Assembly: GCA_965279315.1 (NCBI GenBank)
Contig: OZ257145.1
Span: 73,759-137,758 of the forward strand
Length of the DNA stretch: 64,000 nucleotides
Source: Alphaproteobacteria bacterium
GTDB lineage: Bacteria; Pseudomonadota; Alphaproteobacteria; Micavibrionales; UBA2020
Reading direction: 5' to 3'
Position numbers and translations under genes: made by a program. Numbering within the stretch: position 1 is the first letter of the stretch; every line of letters begins with the position of its first letter. This document shows positions 47,169-56,744 of the stretch, piece after piece. A model generated the notes under the pieces. The model had not been told where the DNA came from, made no database searches, and saw only the letters and a list, made by a program, of their open reading frames with translations.

Positions 47169-48053
47169 CTATTCCCATTTCAGCGCCGACATTAAATATG
47201 TAGGCCTGTAGGGATAGGTTTTGAGGAATTCCCCGGTGCCGTGCAGGCTCGGAACGCCCGTTCCGGAAACAGGGAAGGCGTCGCGGTGGATTCCCGAGGT
47301 GATCAGGATGGAATCGAGTCCCGCCCCCGTCGCCCCCTCGATATCCGTCTGCATCCCGTCGCCGATGCACAGGACGCGCTGCACCCCCATCCCCTGCAGG
47401 CAGAGGGTATAGACCCCGCGATGCGGCTTGCCGAAATAGGTGACCGCCCCGCCCGCCGCCGCATAGGTATCGGCGAAGGTGCCGGGGCAGATGACCAGCT
47501 TGTCCCCCACATGCACAATCCGGTCGGGATTCGCGCAGAGCATGGGGAGGCTGGATTTCAGGCAGGCGTCCAGCACCGGCTGGTACATTTCCGCCGTGTC
47601 GTCGAAATCGTTGACGCCGCTGTTGAGCACGAAATCGGCCTCCGACGGTTTGGCGACAATCTCGATATCGAGTCCTTCATAGAGGCTGCCGTCCTTGTCG
47701 CCGGGGCCCAGGTGGTAGCAGCGCCTGCCCCATTCCTTGAGGTATTTTTCTTTCAATGCCATCCATGTCGCCTCGCCGGACGTCATGATGCCGTCATAGA
47801 GTTCGGGCCCGATGCCCATTTCCGTCAGCTTGCCCGCCACGACATGCGCGCGGCGCGGCGCGTTCGACAGCATCCAGACGATGCGCCGCGCATCCTTCAG
47901 CGCGCGCAAGGTCTCGACCGTTTTCGCGTAAGGCTTCAGCCCGTCATGCACCACGCCCCACAGGTCGAGGATAAAGCCGTCGTAATTGTTCACGATTTCA
48001 TACAGGCCGGGCAGCAGTTTCAGCCGGTCGTTCGCGGGCTTCACGATCATCAT
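47169..48053 (-). CDS. HAD-superfamily hydrolase (subfamily IIA-like)
   Basis: DLWGVVHDG nucleophile motif, SNAPR and GDGMQTDI motifs. 294 aa. Confidence 0.75.
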   Translation of the reverse strand: MMIVKPANDRLKLLPGLYEIVNNYDGFILDLWGVVHDGLKPYAKTVETLRALKDARRIVWMLSNAPRRAHVVAGKLTEMGIGPELYDGIMTSGEATWMALKEKYLKEWGRRCYHLGPGDKDGSLYEGLDIEIVAKPSEADFVLNSGVNDFDDTAEMYQPVLDACLKSSLPMLCANPDRIVHVGDKLVICPGTFADTYAAAGGAVTYFGKPHRGVYTLCLQGMGVQRVLCIGDGMQTDIEGATGAGLDSILITSGIHRDAFPVSGTGVPSLHGTGEFLKTYPYRPTYLMSALKWE

Positions 48054-49369
48054 GCGGCGCCTCCGCCCGTGAATTGCGCGGGTTCGGGCTTGCCGAACAG
48101 GAATCCCTGCCCGTAATCGATGTCGAGGTCGAGGAGTTCGATCAATTGTTTTTCCGATTCTATTTTTTCGACGATCATGTCGATGCCGTTGGTGTCCAGT
48201 TCCGTCTTCATGCGTTTCAGGCGGCGCAGCCCGCCCTGGTCCTTCAATTCCTTCAGCAGCAGCCCTGCCTCCACCTTGATGAAGCGGATGCGGCGCGCCT
48301 CCAGCTGCGCGTAATCGAACGAAATGGATTTCACGAGATCCATCGAGAAACGGCAGCCAAGGCTGGAAAGCCCGCCCAAAACCGGCAACGCATCCGCGCT
48401 GATCGACGCCAAATCACGCTGGCCCAGTTCGAACACAAGGCGCGGCGCAAGGTCGCGGTTCTGCGCGATGAATTCCACAAGGTCGCCCATGAATTTCGGG
48501 TCGTTGAGGGTTAAACTGGTGATGTTGCAGAAATAGGCATGGCCGTCGTCCGATGTGTCGCGGATCATCTGCAGGCTGCGCAGCAGCAATAGGTTGTCGA
48601 TGGAGGGCGCGAGGTCCTGCCGGATCGCGACCTCGATATACCGCTCCGCCGCCAGATACACTTGCGGCTTGATGCGGATGCGGGAGAACATTTCAAAAAA
48701 CCGCATCTTGCGCTGCGGCAGGTTGACGATGGGCTGCATGAACAAATCAATCCTGTCCTGCTTCACCGCCGCGCGCACCAGCGTCAGCACCTGTTCGTCG
48801 GTCAGGTTTTTGACGATCGCATCGGGCGTCGCCTGCGGCAGCGATTGTTCCAGCGCGCCGATATCGAGCGGCGTTTCCTTGTCGCCCTCCTCCGTCCCGC
48901 CAAGGCGCGACAGCTGTTCGGCCAGCGACTTGATCATGCGCTGCTCGACCGCAAGGCCCTCGCTTGCCTGCATCCGGCCAAGGCCGCGCGCAACGGCGCC
49001 GGCATCGGCGAGGCTTTTCTTCAGCACCAGCAGGTCGTTGCGGTTGCGCGCCGTTTCGCGCACAAGGCGGTCGTAATCGCCGTTCATGCGCTGCATCTGC
49101 GCCGCAATCTCTTTTTCCCATTTGCGGCGCGACACCATTTCAACCGCCATCATGGCGGCAAGGCACAGCAGCGCGGCGAACAAAAACGCGATGCGGGCGG
49201 AGACGACGGAGCCGAGAAAAATCAGGAACGTCATCAGCCCGAGCGCAATCACGATATTGCGGAAGGTCAGGTGCGGCTGCAGGGCGGCAAAGCCGCCTTG
49301 CGGGCGCGGCAGCGTGCGGCGGGTGCCGAGGTCGACGACGTTATCTTCCTGATTTTCAGGCGTGGGCAT
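48050..49369 (-). CDS. Membrane-anchored coiled-coil protein with a (partly degenerate) EAL domain
   Basis: Two N-terminal TM helices and a coiled coil. EAL-like C-terminus: QPIV, E-M-F in place of E-A-L, NITS, MDLVKS in place of DDFGTG, EKIES in place of EGVE, and GQGFLFGKP. Confidence 0.65.
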   Translation of the reverse strand: MPTPENQEDNVVDLGTRRTLPRPQGGFAALQPHLTFRNIVIALGLMTFLIFLGSVVSARIAFLFAALLCLAAMMAVEMVSRRKWEKEIAAQMQRMNGDYDRLVRETARNRNDLLVLKKSLADAGAVARGLGRMQASEGLAVEQRMIKSLAEQLSRLGGTEEGDKETPLDIGALEQSLPQATPDAIVKNLTDEQVLTLVRAAVKQDRIDLFMQPIVNLPQRKMRFFEMFSRIRIKPQVYLAAERYIEVAIRQDLAPSIDNLLLLRSLQMIRDTSDDGHAYFCNITSLTLNDPKFMGDLVEFIAQNRDLAPRLVFELGQRDLASISADALPVLGGLSSLGCRFSMDLVKSISFDYAQLEARRIRFIKVEAGLLLKELKDQGGLRRLKRMKTELDTNGIDMIVEKIESEKQLIELLDLDIDYGQGFLFGKPEPAQFTGGGAA

Positions 49370-50446
49370 CTATGCAGCCTTTGCGGCGCGCGCATCGATG
49401 CCGACCGCCTGCGAGATATGGGTGAAGCCGTCTTTTTGCAAAAGATCGACAAGTCCGTTCAGGATATCGGGCACCAGCTGCGGGCCTTCGTAAATCAGGC
49501 CCGTATAAACCTGAACCAGCGTCGCGCCTGCGCGGATTTTCGCATAGGCGTCGGCGGCGGAGGCGATGCCCCCTGCCCCGATGATCGGCAGCCGCCCGCC
49601 CGTCAGCTTATAAAAATCCGCGATGCGCTCGGTCGCAAGATCGCGCAGCAGTTGCCCGCTGAGACCGCCCTTTTCCTGCTTCAGCGCGGCATCCAGCTTG
49701 TCGGGGCGCGTGATGGTGGTATTGCCGACGATCAGGCCGTCGATGCTGTGTTTTTGCAGCAGCTCCGCAATCGCCGCGCGCTGTTCGGGCTCGAGGTCGG
49801 GCGCGACCTTCAGCACCAGCGGCGGACGCTTGGCGGCACCGTCACGCACCTTGACGAGGCCTGCCAGCAATTTGTCCAGCACCTCGCTGCCCTGCAGATC
49901 GCGCAGGCCGGCGGTATTGGGCGATGACACGTTGACGGTGATGTAATCGGCATATTCGGCCAGCTGTTCGATGCAGTGGCGGTAATCGCTATAGGGCGAC
50001 GCGGCTTCCTTGTTGATGCCGATATTCACGCCCAGCACGCCCTGAATGCCCTTGAATTTCGACCTGTAGAACGCGACGTTCTGCCAGAAATTCGCCAGCC
50101 CCTTGCCGGGGAAACCCATGCGGTTGATGACGGACCTGTTCGCGGTGTCGCGGAAAATGCGCGGTTTCGGGTTGCCGTCCTGCGCAACCGGCGTGACCGT
50201 GCCGACCTCGACGAAACCGAAGCCCATATTGAACAGCGATGATATGACTTCCGCATCCTTGTCGAACCCGGCCGCCAGGCCCAGGGGATTGCGGAATTCG
50301 CGCCCCCACAGGTTCACGAACAGCGCGGGGTTATCGACCACCTGATGCGGGCCTGCGCCCGTCTTTAGAATGCGCAAGGTCAGCTGGTGCGCCTGTTCGG
50401 GATCGAGCTTCATCAGCAGCGGGCGGATGTATTTATATAAGTCCAT
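49370..50446 (-). CDS. pyrD: Dihydroorotate dehydrogenase (quinone), class 2
   Basis: 358 aa with LGLAAGFDK, NRMGF, GVNIG.NK, NVSSPNT and GGI motifs. Confidence 0.9.
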   Translation of the reverse strand: MDLYKYIRPLLMKLDPEQAHQLTLRILKTGAGPHQVVDNPALFVNLWGREFRNPLGLAAGFDKDAEVISSLFNMGFGFVEVGTVTPVAQDGNPKPRIFRDTANRSVINRMGFPGKGLANFWQNVAFYRSKFKGIQGVLGVNIGINKEAASPYSDYRHCIEQLAEYADYITVNVSSPNTAGLRDLQGSEVLDKLLAGLVKVRDGAAKRPPLVLKVAPDLEPEQRAAIAELLQKHSIDGLIVGNTTITRPDKLDAALKQEKGGLSGQLLRDLATERIADFYKLTGGRLPIIGAGGIASAADAYAKIRAGATLVQVYTGLIYEGPQLVPDILNGLVDLLQKDGFTHISQAVGIDARAAKAA

Positions 50447-50447
50447 C

Positions 50448-51851
50448 TTAAGCCTTCACCCCGTCGCGCACGAATTTCTGCACCCATTCCAGCTTGTTGG
50501 GCAGGGTGACGCAGCGCTCTTCGCGCGTATAAAGGTCCGCCATATGGGCGGGGAGTTCCGGCGTGATGCCGATCGCTTTCCTGACCGCATCGGGGAATTT
50601 CGACGGATGCGCGGTTGCGAGCGACACGACGACGCTGTCGGGATAGGCTTCGCGGTATTTCTGCGCGACCGCCAAACCGACTGCCGTATGCGGGTCGATG
50701 ATATAGCCGTATTTTTCATGCGTATCGCGGATGGTTTTCAGCGTGTTCTCGTCGCTGACCGCGCCGCTGGCAAACAGTTCGCGCAGGTTTTTCATGCCGA
50801 CTTCCTGGATGACGAAGGGCGCCGGCTTGCGGAAATGCGCCATCGTCTGGTCCACCGCCGCGCCCTGCCGGCCGAAGACGTCGAACAGCAGGCGTTCGAA
50901 ATTGCTGGAGACCTGGATGTCCATGCTGGGGCTGAGGCTGGGCGCCGACGGTTCCATGTTCATGCGGCCGGTCGTAAAGAACCGGTGCAGGATATCGTTG
51001 CGGTTGGTGGCCGCGATCAGGCGTTCCACCGGCAGCCCCATCGACTGCGCGATATAACCGGCATAGATATTGCCGAAATTCCCGGTGGGCACGGAGAACA
51101 CGGTCTTTTTCTTGGTCTGGTGGAACAGCCGCGCACCGGCGTAAACATAGTACACAACCTGCGCGAGGATGCGCGCCCAGTTGATCGAATTGACGGCGGA
51201 AAGGTGCATGTCGTTGCGGAAGGTCGCATCGTTGAACATCGCCTTTACCAGATCCTGACAATCGTCAAAGCTGCCTTCGATGGCGATATTGTGCACATTC
51301 GAATCCAGCACCGTCGTCATCTGGCGGCGCTGCACTTCGGATACGCGGCCCTTCGGGTGCAGCACAAAAATATCGACATTATGCTTGCCGCGGAACGCCT
51401 CGATCGCGGCAGAACCGGTATCGCCCGATGTCGCGGCGACGATGGTGGTGCGCAGGTTTTTCTGGGCGAGGATATGGCTGAACACCTGGCCCAGGAATTG
51501 CAGCGCGACATCCTTGAACGCCAGCGTCGGGCCGTGGAACAGTTCCAGCACATGCAGGTTGTCGTCGAGCCTGCGCAGCGGCGCGATTTCCTTGTTCGAA
51601 AAGGTTTTGTAAGACGCGCGCAGCAGCTCGATCAGTTTTTCCGACGGGATATCGGCCTGCACAAACGGCAGCATCACGCGCCATGCCACCTCCAGGTAAT
51701 TCTGGCTGTTCATGTTGCCGATTTCCGCTTCCGACAGGTGCGGGCAGGATTCCGGCACGTAAAGCCCGCCATCCGATGCCAGCCCCGTCAGCGTCGCGCC
51801 GGAAAAACTCAGGCGCGGCGCCTTGCCGCGCGTGCTGATGTAGTTCAGCAT
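50448..51851 (-). CDS. thrC: Threonine synthase
   Basis: FHGPTLAFKDVALQ PLP-lysine motif, ATSGDTGSAA, 467 aa. Confidence 0.9.
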   Translation of the reverse strand: MLNYISTRGKAPRLSFSGATLTGLASDGGLYVPESCPHLSEAEIGNMNSQNYLEVAWRVMLPFVQADIPSEKLIELLRASYKTFSNKEIAPLRRLDDNLHVLELFHGPTLAFKDVALQFLGQVFSHILAQKNLRTTIVAATSGDTGSAAIEAFRGKHNVDIFVLHPKGRVSEVQRRQMTTVLDSNVHNIAIEGSFDDCQDLVKAMFNDATFRNDMHLSAVNSINWARILAQVVYYVYAGARLFHQTKKKTVFSVPTGNFGNIYAGYIAQSMGLPVERLIAATNRNDILHRFFTTGRMNMEPSAPSLSPSMDIQVSSNFERLLFDVFGRQGAAVDQTMAHFRKPAPFVIQEVGMKNLRELFASGAVSDENTLKTIRDTHEKYGYIIDPHTAVGLAVAQKYREAYPDSVVVSLATAHPSKFPDAVRKAIGITPELPAHMADLYTREERCVTLPNKLEWVQKFVRDGVKA

Positions 51852-53347
51852 GCGCCCTCATAGGCCTTTTCAAGATAGCGTTCGGTCACGTGTTTCTTGA
51901 AGAAGTGCGTCGACATTTTCTGCCCCGTCACCTTCTCCACCAGCTCCTGCGGCTTATACAGGCAGCCCTTCGACTGCACATTTTCGCGCAGCCAGCCGTT
52001 GAACGGCTTGAAGTCGCCGCCCTTCACGCCCTGCATGACATCCGGAATGTCTTTTTTCATCTTGTCCACGAATTGCGCCGCCGTGAATGCGCCCAGCGCA
52101 TAGGCGGGGAAATACCCGAACGCGCCGAAATACCAGTGAATGTCCTGCAGGCAGCCGTTCTTGTCATTCGGCGGCGTCACGCCCAGCAAGGCCTTGAAGC
52201 CGTCATTCCATGCTTGCGGCAAATCCTTCACCTCCAGCTTGCCCTCCACCATCGCCTTTTCGAGGCGGTAGCGCATGATGACATGGGCGGGGTACGTCAC
52301 CTCGTCGGCCTCGACGCGGATGAAACCGCGTTCCACCTTCGTCGCATGGCGATAGACGTTTTCGGGCGACCATGCGGGGCCGCTGCCGTTGAAGGCTTTC
52401 TGGATGATCGGCGTGAACCATTCCCAGTATTCGCGGCTGCGGGCGAGCTGCATGTCGAGCGACAGCGATTGCGATTCATGGATCGCCATGCCCATATTCT
52501 GGCTTGCGCCCACCGGCTGGTGCTGCCATTCGCGCGGCGTGAAGCGGTCGTAGAAACCATGCCCTGCCTCATGCGCCACGGCCTGCAGCGCATTGATGAA
52601 GCTGTCGGTGTTGTAGCGCGTGGTGATGCGCACATCGTCGCCGATGCCTGTGCTGAACGGATGCGTCGAGGTATCTAGGCGGCCCCAGCTGGATTCAAAC
52701 CCCAAGGCTTCGCACAGCTGCTTGCCGAGTTTTTCCTGCACCTCTTGCGCAAACGGGCCGGGCAGCGGCAGCGGTTCTTTCTGTTTCTCCAATACCTGGT
52801 CGAGGAAGCCGGGGATGAACGCCGCGATATCGTCGAAAATCACATCGACATCTTTGGCCGTCATATGCGGCGCATAGGGGTCCATCAGCGCGTCATAGAG
52901 CGGCTTTTTCAGCTTCGCCGATTTCACCTGCGCCTGTTCGCGCACGATATCGAGCAAACGCGCGAGATCGTCTTGCACGATCCTGAAATCGCTCTCTGCG
53001 CGCGCCTTGCGCCAGATCACTTCGGTTTTCGTTTCCTGCCCCATCTTGCGCGACACAAGGTCGGCGGGCAGCGCGGTTGCATGCGTGTATTGCCACTGCA
53101 TGATGTCGAGGTTCGCGCGTTCCCAATCGTTCAGGCTTTGCGTGTTCACGCCCGCCATCCAGTCGCCCAGCTGAGGGTCGGTCGCCATTTCATGGATCAT
53201 CACGCCCAGCGTTTCAATCTGCTTCGCGCGCTGGTTGACGCCTTTTTCAGGCATCAGCACGGCCTTGTCCCAGTCCAGCACGCTGTCGATCTGGCGCAGC
53301 GTCATGATTTTTTCAAAACGTTCTTCGAGTTTTTTATACGCCTGCAT
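51845..53347 (-). CDS. Carboxypeptidase Taq-type (M32) metallopeptidase
   Basis: HEAGHGFYD (HEXXH), HESQS, DIHWYFGAFGYFPAY. Confidence 0.85.
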   Translation of the reverse strand: MQAYKKLEERFEKIMTLRQIDSVLDWDKAVLMPEKGVNQRAKQIETLGVMIHEMATDPQLGDWMAGVNTQSLNDWERANLDIMQWQYTHATALPADLVSRKMGQETKTEVIWRKARAESDFRIVQDDLARLLDIVREQAQVKSAKLKKPLYDALMDPYAPHMTAKDVDVIFDDIAAFIPGFLDQVLEKQKEPLPLPGPFAQEVQEKLGKQLCEALGFESSWGRLDTSTHPFSTGIGDDVRITTRYNTDSFINALQAVAHEAGHGFYDRFTPREWQHQPVGASQNMGMAIHESQSLSLDMQLARSREYWEWFTPIIQKAFNGSGPAWSPENVYRHATKVERGFIRVEADEVTYPAHVIMRYRLEKAMVEGKLEVKDLPQAWNDGFKALLGVTPPNDKNGCLQDIHWYFGAFGYFPAYALGAFTAAQFVDKMKKDIPDVMQGVKGGDFKPFNGWLRENVQSKGCLYKPQELVEKVTGQKMSTHFFKKHVTERYLEKAYEGAC

Positions 53348-54044
53348 GTGAAGGCTCCTGTTTTACGGCCGGCTGGCGGCTCGCCATGATATAGATCAGC
53401 AGCATGACGCAAGCCATGCTGAACCAGAAAATCGCGTAGTTTTTGTGGTCGTTCGGGATATCGACGCGCAGCGCGCCGCCCGCTGGATACACGCCCGCCG
53501 GTTCGGCCACGGCGTCCACCACATAGGCGGGCGCGGCTGCGTCCATCGCCTTGGCGTCCAGCCAGTACCACTGGTTTTTCGCCGGGTCATTCACGGGCGC
53601 GAACATGGTTTTTTTGGGCGCCTGCACGAACCCCTCGACCTGCACGATGCCTTCGGGGCGGTTGACGGTTTTATTGGTGTCGGAAATCCAGCCGCGGTTG
53701 ACCAGCACCGTGCCGCCCGATGCGCGGCGGAACGGCACGACCATCTGGTACCCGACCGCGCCGTTTTGCACGCGGGGGCCAAGGTGGAATTCGCGGTCAT
53801 AGAGAAACTGCCCCGCCAGCGTCACGCGGCGGTATTCCCATGCGGCGATATCGTCGATGCTTTCCGGTAGCGGCGCGGCTGCCGTCGCCATGCGGGTATC
53901 AAGCCGTTGCAAAAGCGCGGTTTTCCATTCCAGCCGTTGCAGCTGCCACACGCCCAGCCCCAGGTTCACCGCGACGATGGCAACCGTCAGCAGTGTCGGA
54001 AACAGGCGGGGCTGGAAGGATTTGGCGGTCGATTTGGCAGTCAT
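53334..54044 (-). CDS. SURF1/Shy1 cytochrome oxidase biogenesis protein
   Basis: N-terminal TM followed by LGxWQLxRLxWK, and a C-terminal TM with HxxYAxxWF. Adjacent to the cox cluster. Confidence 0.8.
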   Translation of the reverse strand: MTAKSTAKSFQPRLFPTLLTVAIVAVNLGLGVWQLQRLEWKTALLQRLDTRMATAAAPLPESIDDIAAWEYRRVTLAGQFLYDREFHLGPRVQNGAVGYQMVVPFRRASGGTVLVNRGWISDTNKTVNRPEGIVQVEGFVQAPKKTMFAPVNDPAKNQWYWLDAKAMDAAAPAYVVDAVAEPAGVYPAGGALRVDIPNDHKNYAIFWFSMACVMLLIYIMASRQPAVKQEPSHAGV

Positions 54045-54140
54045 GGTGGTCCGTTATTTTTAGGCTTGCTTATATTAATGTTGTTCTGCAAAAAGGTGGA
54101 GTCATCTTTAGTCCGGATATTTTACAGAAAAGGCCGCAGC

Positions 54141-54719
54141 ATGGTATCCCGCCCGCTGACCAAAGGCGAAGCTGCATTGGCGAAAACCGTCTTCGGCGAT
54201 TCCATCGATTATGCCACCGTCACGATCAACGACGGCAAGTTCGCAGGCTTCCATCCCGAAGGCACAGCGATGGCGCCGAACGGCAACCTGTATATGTATG
54301 GCTGCTATGTGGACGATTATTCACAGCTGGAAACCTATGGCCAGTCATTGTTCATCCACGAGATGACGCATGTTTGGCAGTACCAGAACAAGATCCTCGC
54401 GCCGATTGCCGAGGCCGTGAAGCTGAACCTGAAACACAAATTCAATTACCGCGCCGCGTATGATTACACGCTGGAGGCCGGCCGCGACCTGACCGACTAC
54501 AACATGGAACAGCAGGCCAGCATCGTGCAGGACCATTTCGCCCTGAAAAACGAAGCCGGTTCGGAATACTGGAGCAACTGCCAGAACGTGGAAACCGGTG
54601 CAGCCCGCATGGCGCTCTACGATCAGGTGCTGGCGAAGTTTGATGCTGATCCGGCCTATGCGAAGCAGGCACAGTTTCCGACGGCGGGGTCGAAGAAGAA
54701 ACCCAAGGCTCCCGTCTAA
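54141..54719 (+). CDS. DUF4157-like HEXXH protein (often annotated 'vgr-related protein')
   Basis: ATG 54141. LTKGEAALAKTVFGDSIDYATVTI...SLFIHEMTHVWQYQ matches the remembered DUF4157 pattern (FG..d...V.v ... HE..H..Q). Not verified by HMM. Confidence 0.55.
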   Translation: MVSRPLTKGEAALAKTVFGDSIDYATVTINDGKFAGFHPEGTAMAPNGNLYMYGCYVDDYSQLETYGQSLFIHEMTHVWQYQNKILAPIAEAVKLNLKHKFNYRAAYDYTLEAGRDLTDYNMEQQASIVQDHFALKNEAGSEYWSNCQNVETGAARMALYDQVLAKFDADPAYAKQAQFPTAGSKKKPKAPV

Positions 54720-54722
54720 GTT

Positions 54723-54815
54723 GTCATCCCTGCGAAGGCAGGGATCTCCCGTGCGCAAGCACGGCTTTATAAAAGCAGGCGGTGCTTGCGAGATGCCAGC
54801 CTGCGCTGGCATGAC
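54723..54815. repeat. MITE-like element, same family as 22509-22601
   Basis: Ends GTCATCCCTGCGAAGGCAGGGATCTC and GAGATGCCAGCCTGCGCTGGCATGAC, with a central CTTTATAAAA. Confidence 0.75.
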
Positions 54816-54818
54816 AAA

Positions 54819-55205
54819 TCAGCCCTTCCGGTGCCGCCATTCCAATAAAATGATGTAGGCCTTCACCACCGGCAGCAGCAGCGCCATCGCGCCCAGCATG
54901 ACCGCGAGCCACAGCACGCCATGTACCCATAGCGGCGGGTGCACGAGGTTTTCGAACGCCCATGCCAGCGGGATGATGGTGATGCCGAAGAAGAAGATCA
55001 GGAAAACGCTCGCCCCGTCGCCGATGTCATGCGCGCCAAGATCCGCGCCGCAGTCGCCGCAGGTTTTGACGACCGTGATCGAGCGCGGCTGGAACAGCCG
55101 GCCTTTACGGCAGACGGGACAACGGGGTTTCAGACAGAAGCGCAGATCCTGAACTATGCTCAGGAGTTGCCCCACCAGTAAATCGCGACGAAGAGGAACA
55201 GCCAT
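54819..55205 (-). CDS. DUF983 family membrane protein
   Basis: CPVCRKGRLF...CGDCG zinc-ribbon-like pair followed by two TM helices. This is its usual position next to coxC in alphaproteobacteria. The ATG at 55205 overlaps the coxC 3' end by 46 nt, so the start is uncertain. Confidence 0.65.
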   Translation of the reverse strand: MAVPLRRDLLVGQLLSIVQDLRFCLKPRCPVCRKGRLFQPRSITVVKTCGDCGADLGAHDIGDGASVFLIFFFGITIIPLAWAFENLVHPPLWVHGVLWLAVMLGAMALLLPVVKAYIILLEWRHRKG

Positions 55206-56008
55206 ACAACGTCAACGAAATGCCAGTACCATGCGGCGGCTTCGAACCCGAAATGGCTTTTCGCGGTGAAATGCCCCTTCATGTTGCGGAACAGGCAGAC
55301 CAGCAGGAAGACCGAGCCCACAAGGACGTGGAAGCCGTGGAAGCCCGTCGCCATATAGAAGGCGGAGGAATAGATGTTGCCGCCGTTTTCGATCGAGAAA
55401 CGGAAGGTGGCATGCATGTATTCATAGGCCTGGAAGCAGGTGAAGAACGCGCCCAGCAGGACGGTGATCAGCAATGCCTTGGTCGCTTCCTGTTGCTTGC
55501 CTTCCAGAATCGCGTGGTGCGCCCAGGTGACGGTGCAGCCGGACAGCAGCAGGATCATGGTCATCAGGAAGGGGATGTCGAAGGCGTCGATCGGCACGAT
55601 ATTGGTCGGCGGCCAGACAAAGCCAATCGCCTCGGTCGGGCGCAGCGCGCCGTTGAAGAACGCCCAGAAGAAGGCGACGAAGAACATGACCTCGGACGAG
55701 ATGAACAGCGCCATGCCGTAACGGAAGCCGATTTTGGCGATGGGGCTGTGTGCCTTTTCCACGACCGCTTCATGGATGACGTCTTTCCACCAGACCCAGA
55801 ACACGGCGCCCAGCAGGATGAAGCCGAGGATGACGCCGTAGATGCCGGGCGTGATGCCCATGATGCTGACCTTGTGCATGTACAGCACCGCGAACGACGC
55901 GAGCAGCCCCGCCGTCATCGCGCCGACGAACGGCCACGGGCTGGGGTTGACGAGGTGGTACGGATGCGGCTTGCCGCCATTGAGGTCATATACCGGTTCA
56001 TCGGACAT
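55160..56008 (-). CDS. coxC: Cytochrome c oxidase subunit III
   Basis: HPYHLVNPSPWP start, 7 TM helices, HGFHV and WYWHFVDVVWLFLF motifs. Confidence 0.9.
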   Translation of the reverse strand: MSDEPVYDLNGGKPHPYHLVNPSPWPFVGAMTAGLLASFAVLYMHKVSIMGITPGIYGVILGFILLGAVFWVWWKDVIHEAVVEKAHSPIAKIGFRYGMALFISSEVMFFVAFFWAFFNGALRPTEAIGFVWPPTNIVPIDAFDIPFLMTMILLLSGCTVTWAHHAILEGKQQEATKALLITVLLGAFFTCFQAYEYMHATFRFSIENGGNIYSSAFYMATGFHGFHVLVGSVFLLVCLFRNMKGHFTAKSHFGFEAAAWYWHFVDVVWLFLFVAIYWWGNS

Positions 56009-56025
56009 GAGGGTGTTCCCTTTCG

Positions 56026-56619
56026 TTAGCCTTTGTCATTCACAAAATTGTCCATCGCCTTTTGCAGCTCCGCGCTGTCCTTGCGGTAAAAGGTGTAGGA
56101 CAAGGTAATGGTGTCGATATTTTTCAGGTCGGGATCGTCGACGATCTTGGGGTCGACGTAAAACACGACCGGCATGGAAACTTTTTCGCCGGGCTGCAGC
56201 ACCTGTTCGCCGAAGCAGAAGCATTGCGTCTTGAAGAAATACTGCCCCGCCTGCAGCGGGGTGACGTTATAGACCGCGGTGCCCGTCACGGGTTCGCCGG
56301 TGGGGTTTTCGGCCTTGAAGGACGCAAAACCGTCGGCGCCGATATTCAGCACGACAGGCCCCTGCTCCGCCTGGAAATCCCACGGCATGCCGGGCGCGGT
56401 GTCGGCATGGAAACGCACGGTGATTTTACGGTCGAGGGCGGCGTGTTTTTTCTTGGCGGCGGCCACTTCGGCCACCTGCGTCGTGCCGCCCCAGCCTGTC
56501 AGCTTGCAGGTGAGCTTGTACAGCGGGACGGAGGCGAAGGACAGCACGATCATGCCCAGCACGACGCCCATCGTGATCTTCATCACTTTTTTGTTTTTCT
56601 GTTCCAGCGTCGGTTCCAT
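56026..56619 (-). CDS. ctaG: Cytochrome c oxidase assembly protein CtaG/Cox11
   Basis: A single TM helix followed by the Cox11 domain with the CFCF copper motif. Confidence 0.9.
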   Translation of the reverse strand: MEPTLEQKNKKVMKITMGVVLGMIVLSFASVPLYKLTCKLTGWGGTTQVAEVAAAKKKHAALDRKITVRFHADTAPGMPWDFQAEQGPVVLNIGADGFASFKAENPTGEPVTGTAVYNVTPLQAGQYFFKTQCFCFGEQVLQPGEKVSMPVVFYVDPKIVDDPDLKNIDTITLSYTFYRKDSAELQKAMDNFVNDKG

Positions 56620-56623
56620 TGCG

Positions 56624-56743
56624 TCAACCGCCCTTCATGCGGATGAGCGACACCGCAAACACGGTCACGACAAACGCGATCACGGCCAGGAACACGGCGT
56701 AGTTTTTGGCTTTTTTGCGCTTATGGAGTTCCGATTTCGGCAT
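56624..56743 (-). CDS. Small (39 aa) single-TM protein between ctaB and ctaG (CoxF-like)
   Basis: Not in the ORF track (under 60 aa). Read by hand as MPKSELHKRKKAKNYAVFLAVIAFVVTVFAVSLIRMKGG. It fills the ctaB-ctaG gap exactly, and a small ORF in this position is common in alphaproteobacterial cox clusters. Confidence 0.5.
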   Translation of the reverse strand: MPKSELHKRKKAKNYAVFLAVIAFVVTVFAVSLIRMKGG

Positions 56744-56744
56744 G

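Noticed and set aside
53907-54140. N-terminal 78 codons of ORF 53907-54719, overlapping the SURF1 gene on the opposite strand.
   Set aside because: The sequence is Arg/Gly/Gln-rich and overlaps a well-supported gene. The DUF4157-like homology begins at the ATG at 54141, after an AT-rich intergenic stretch.
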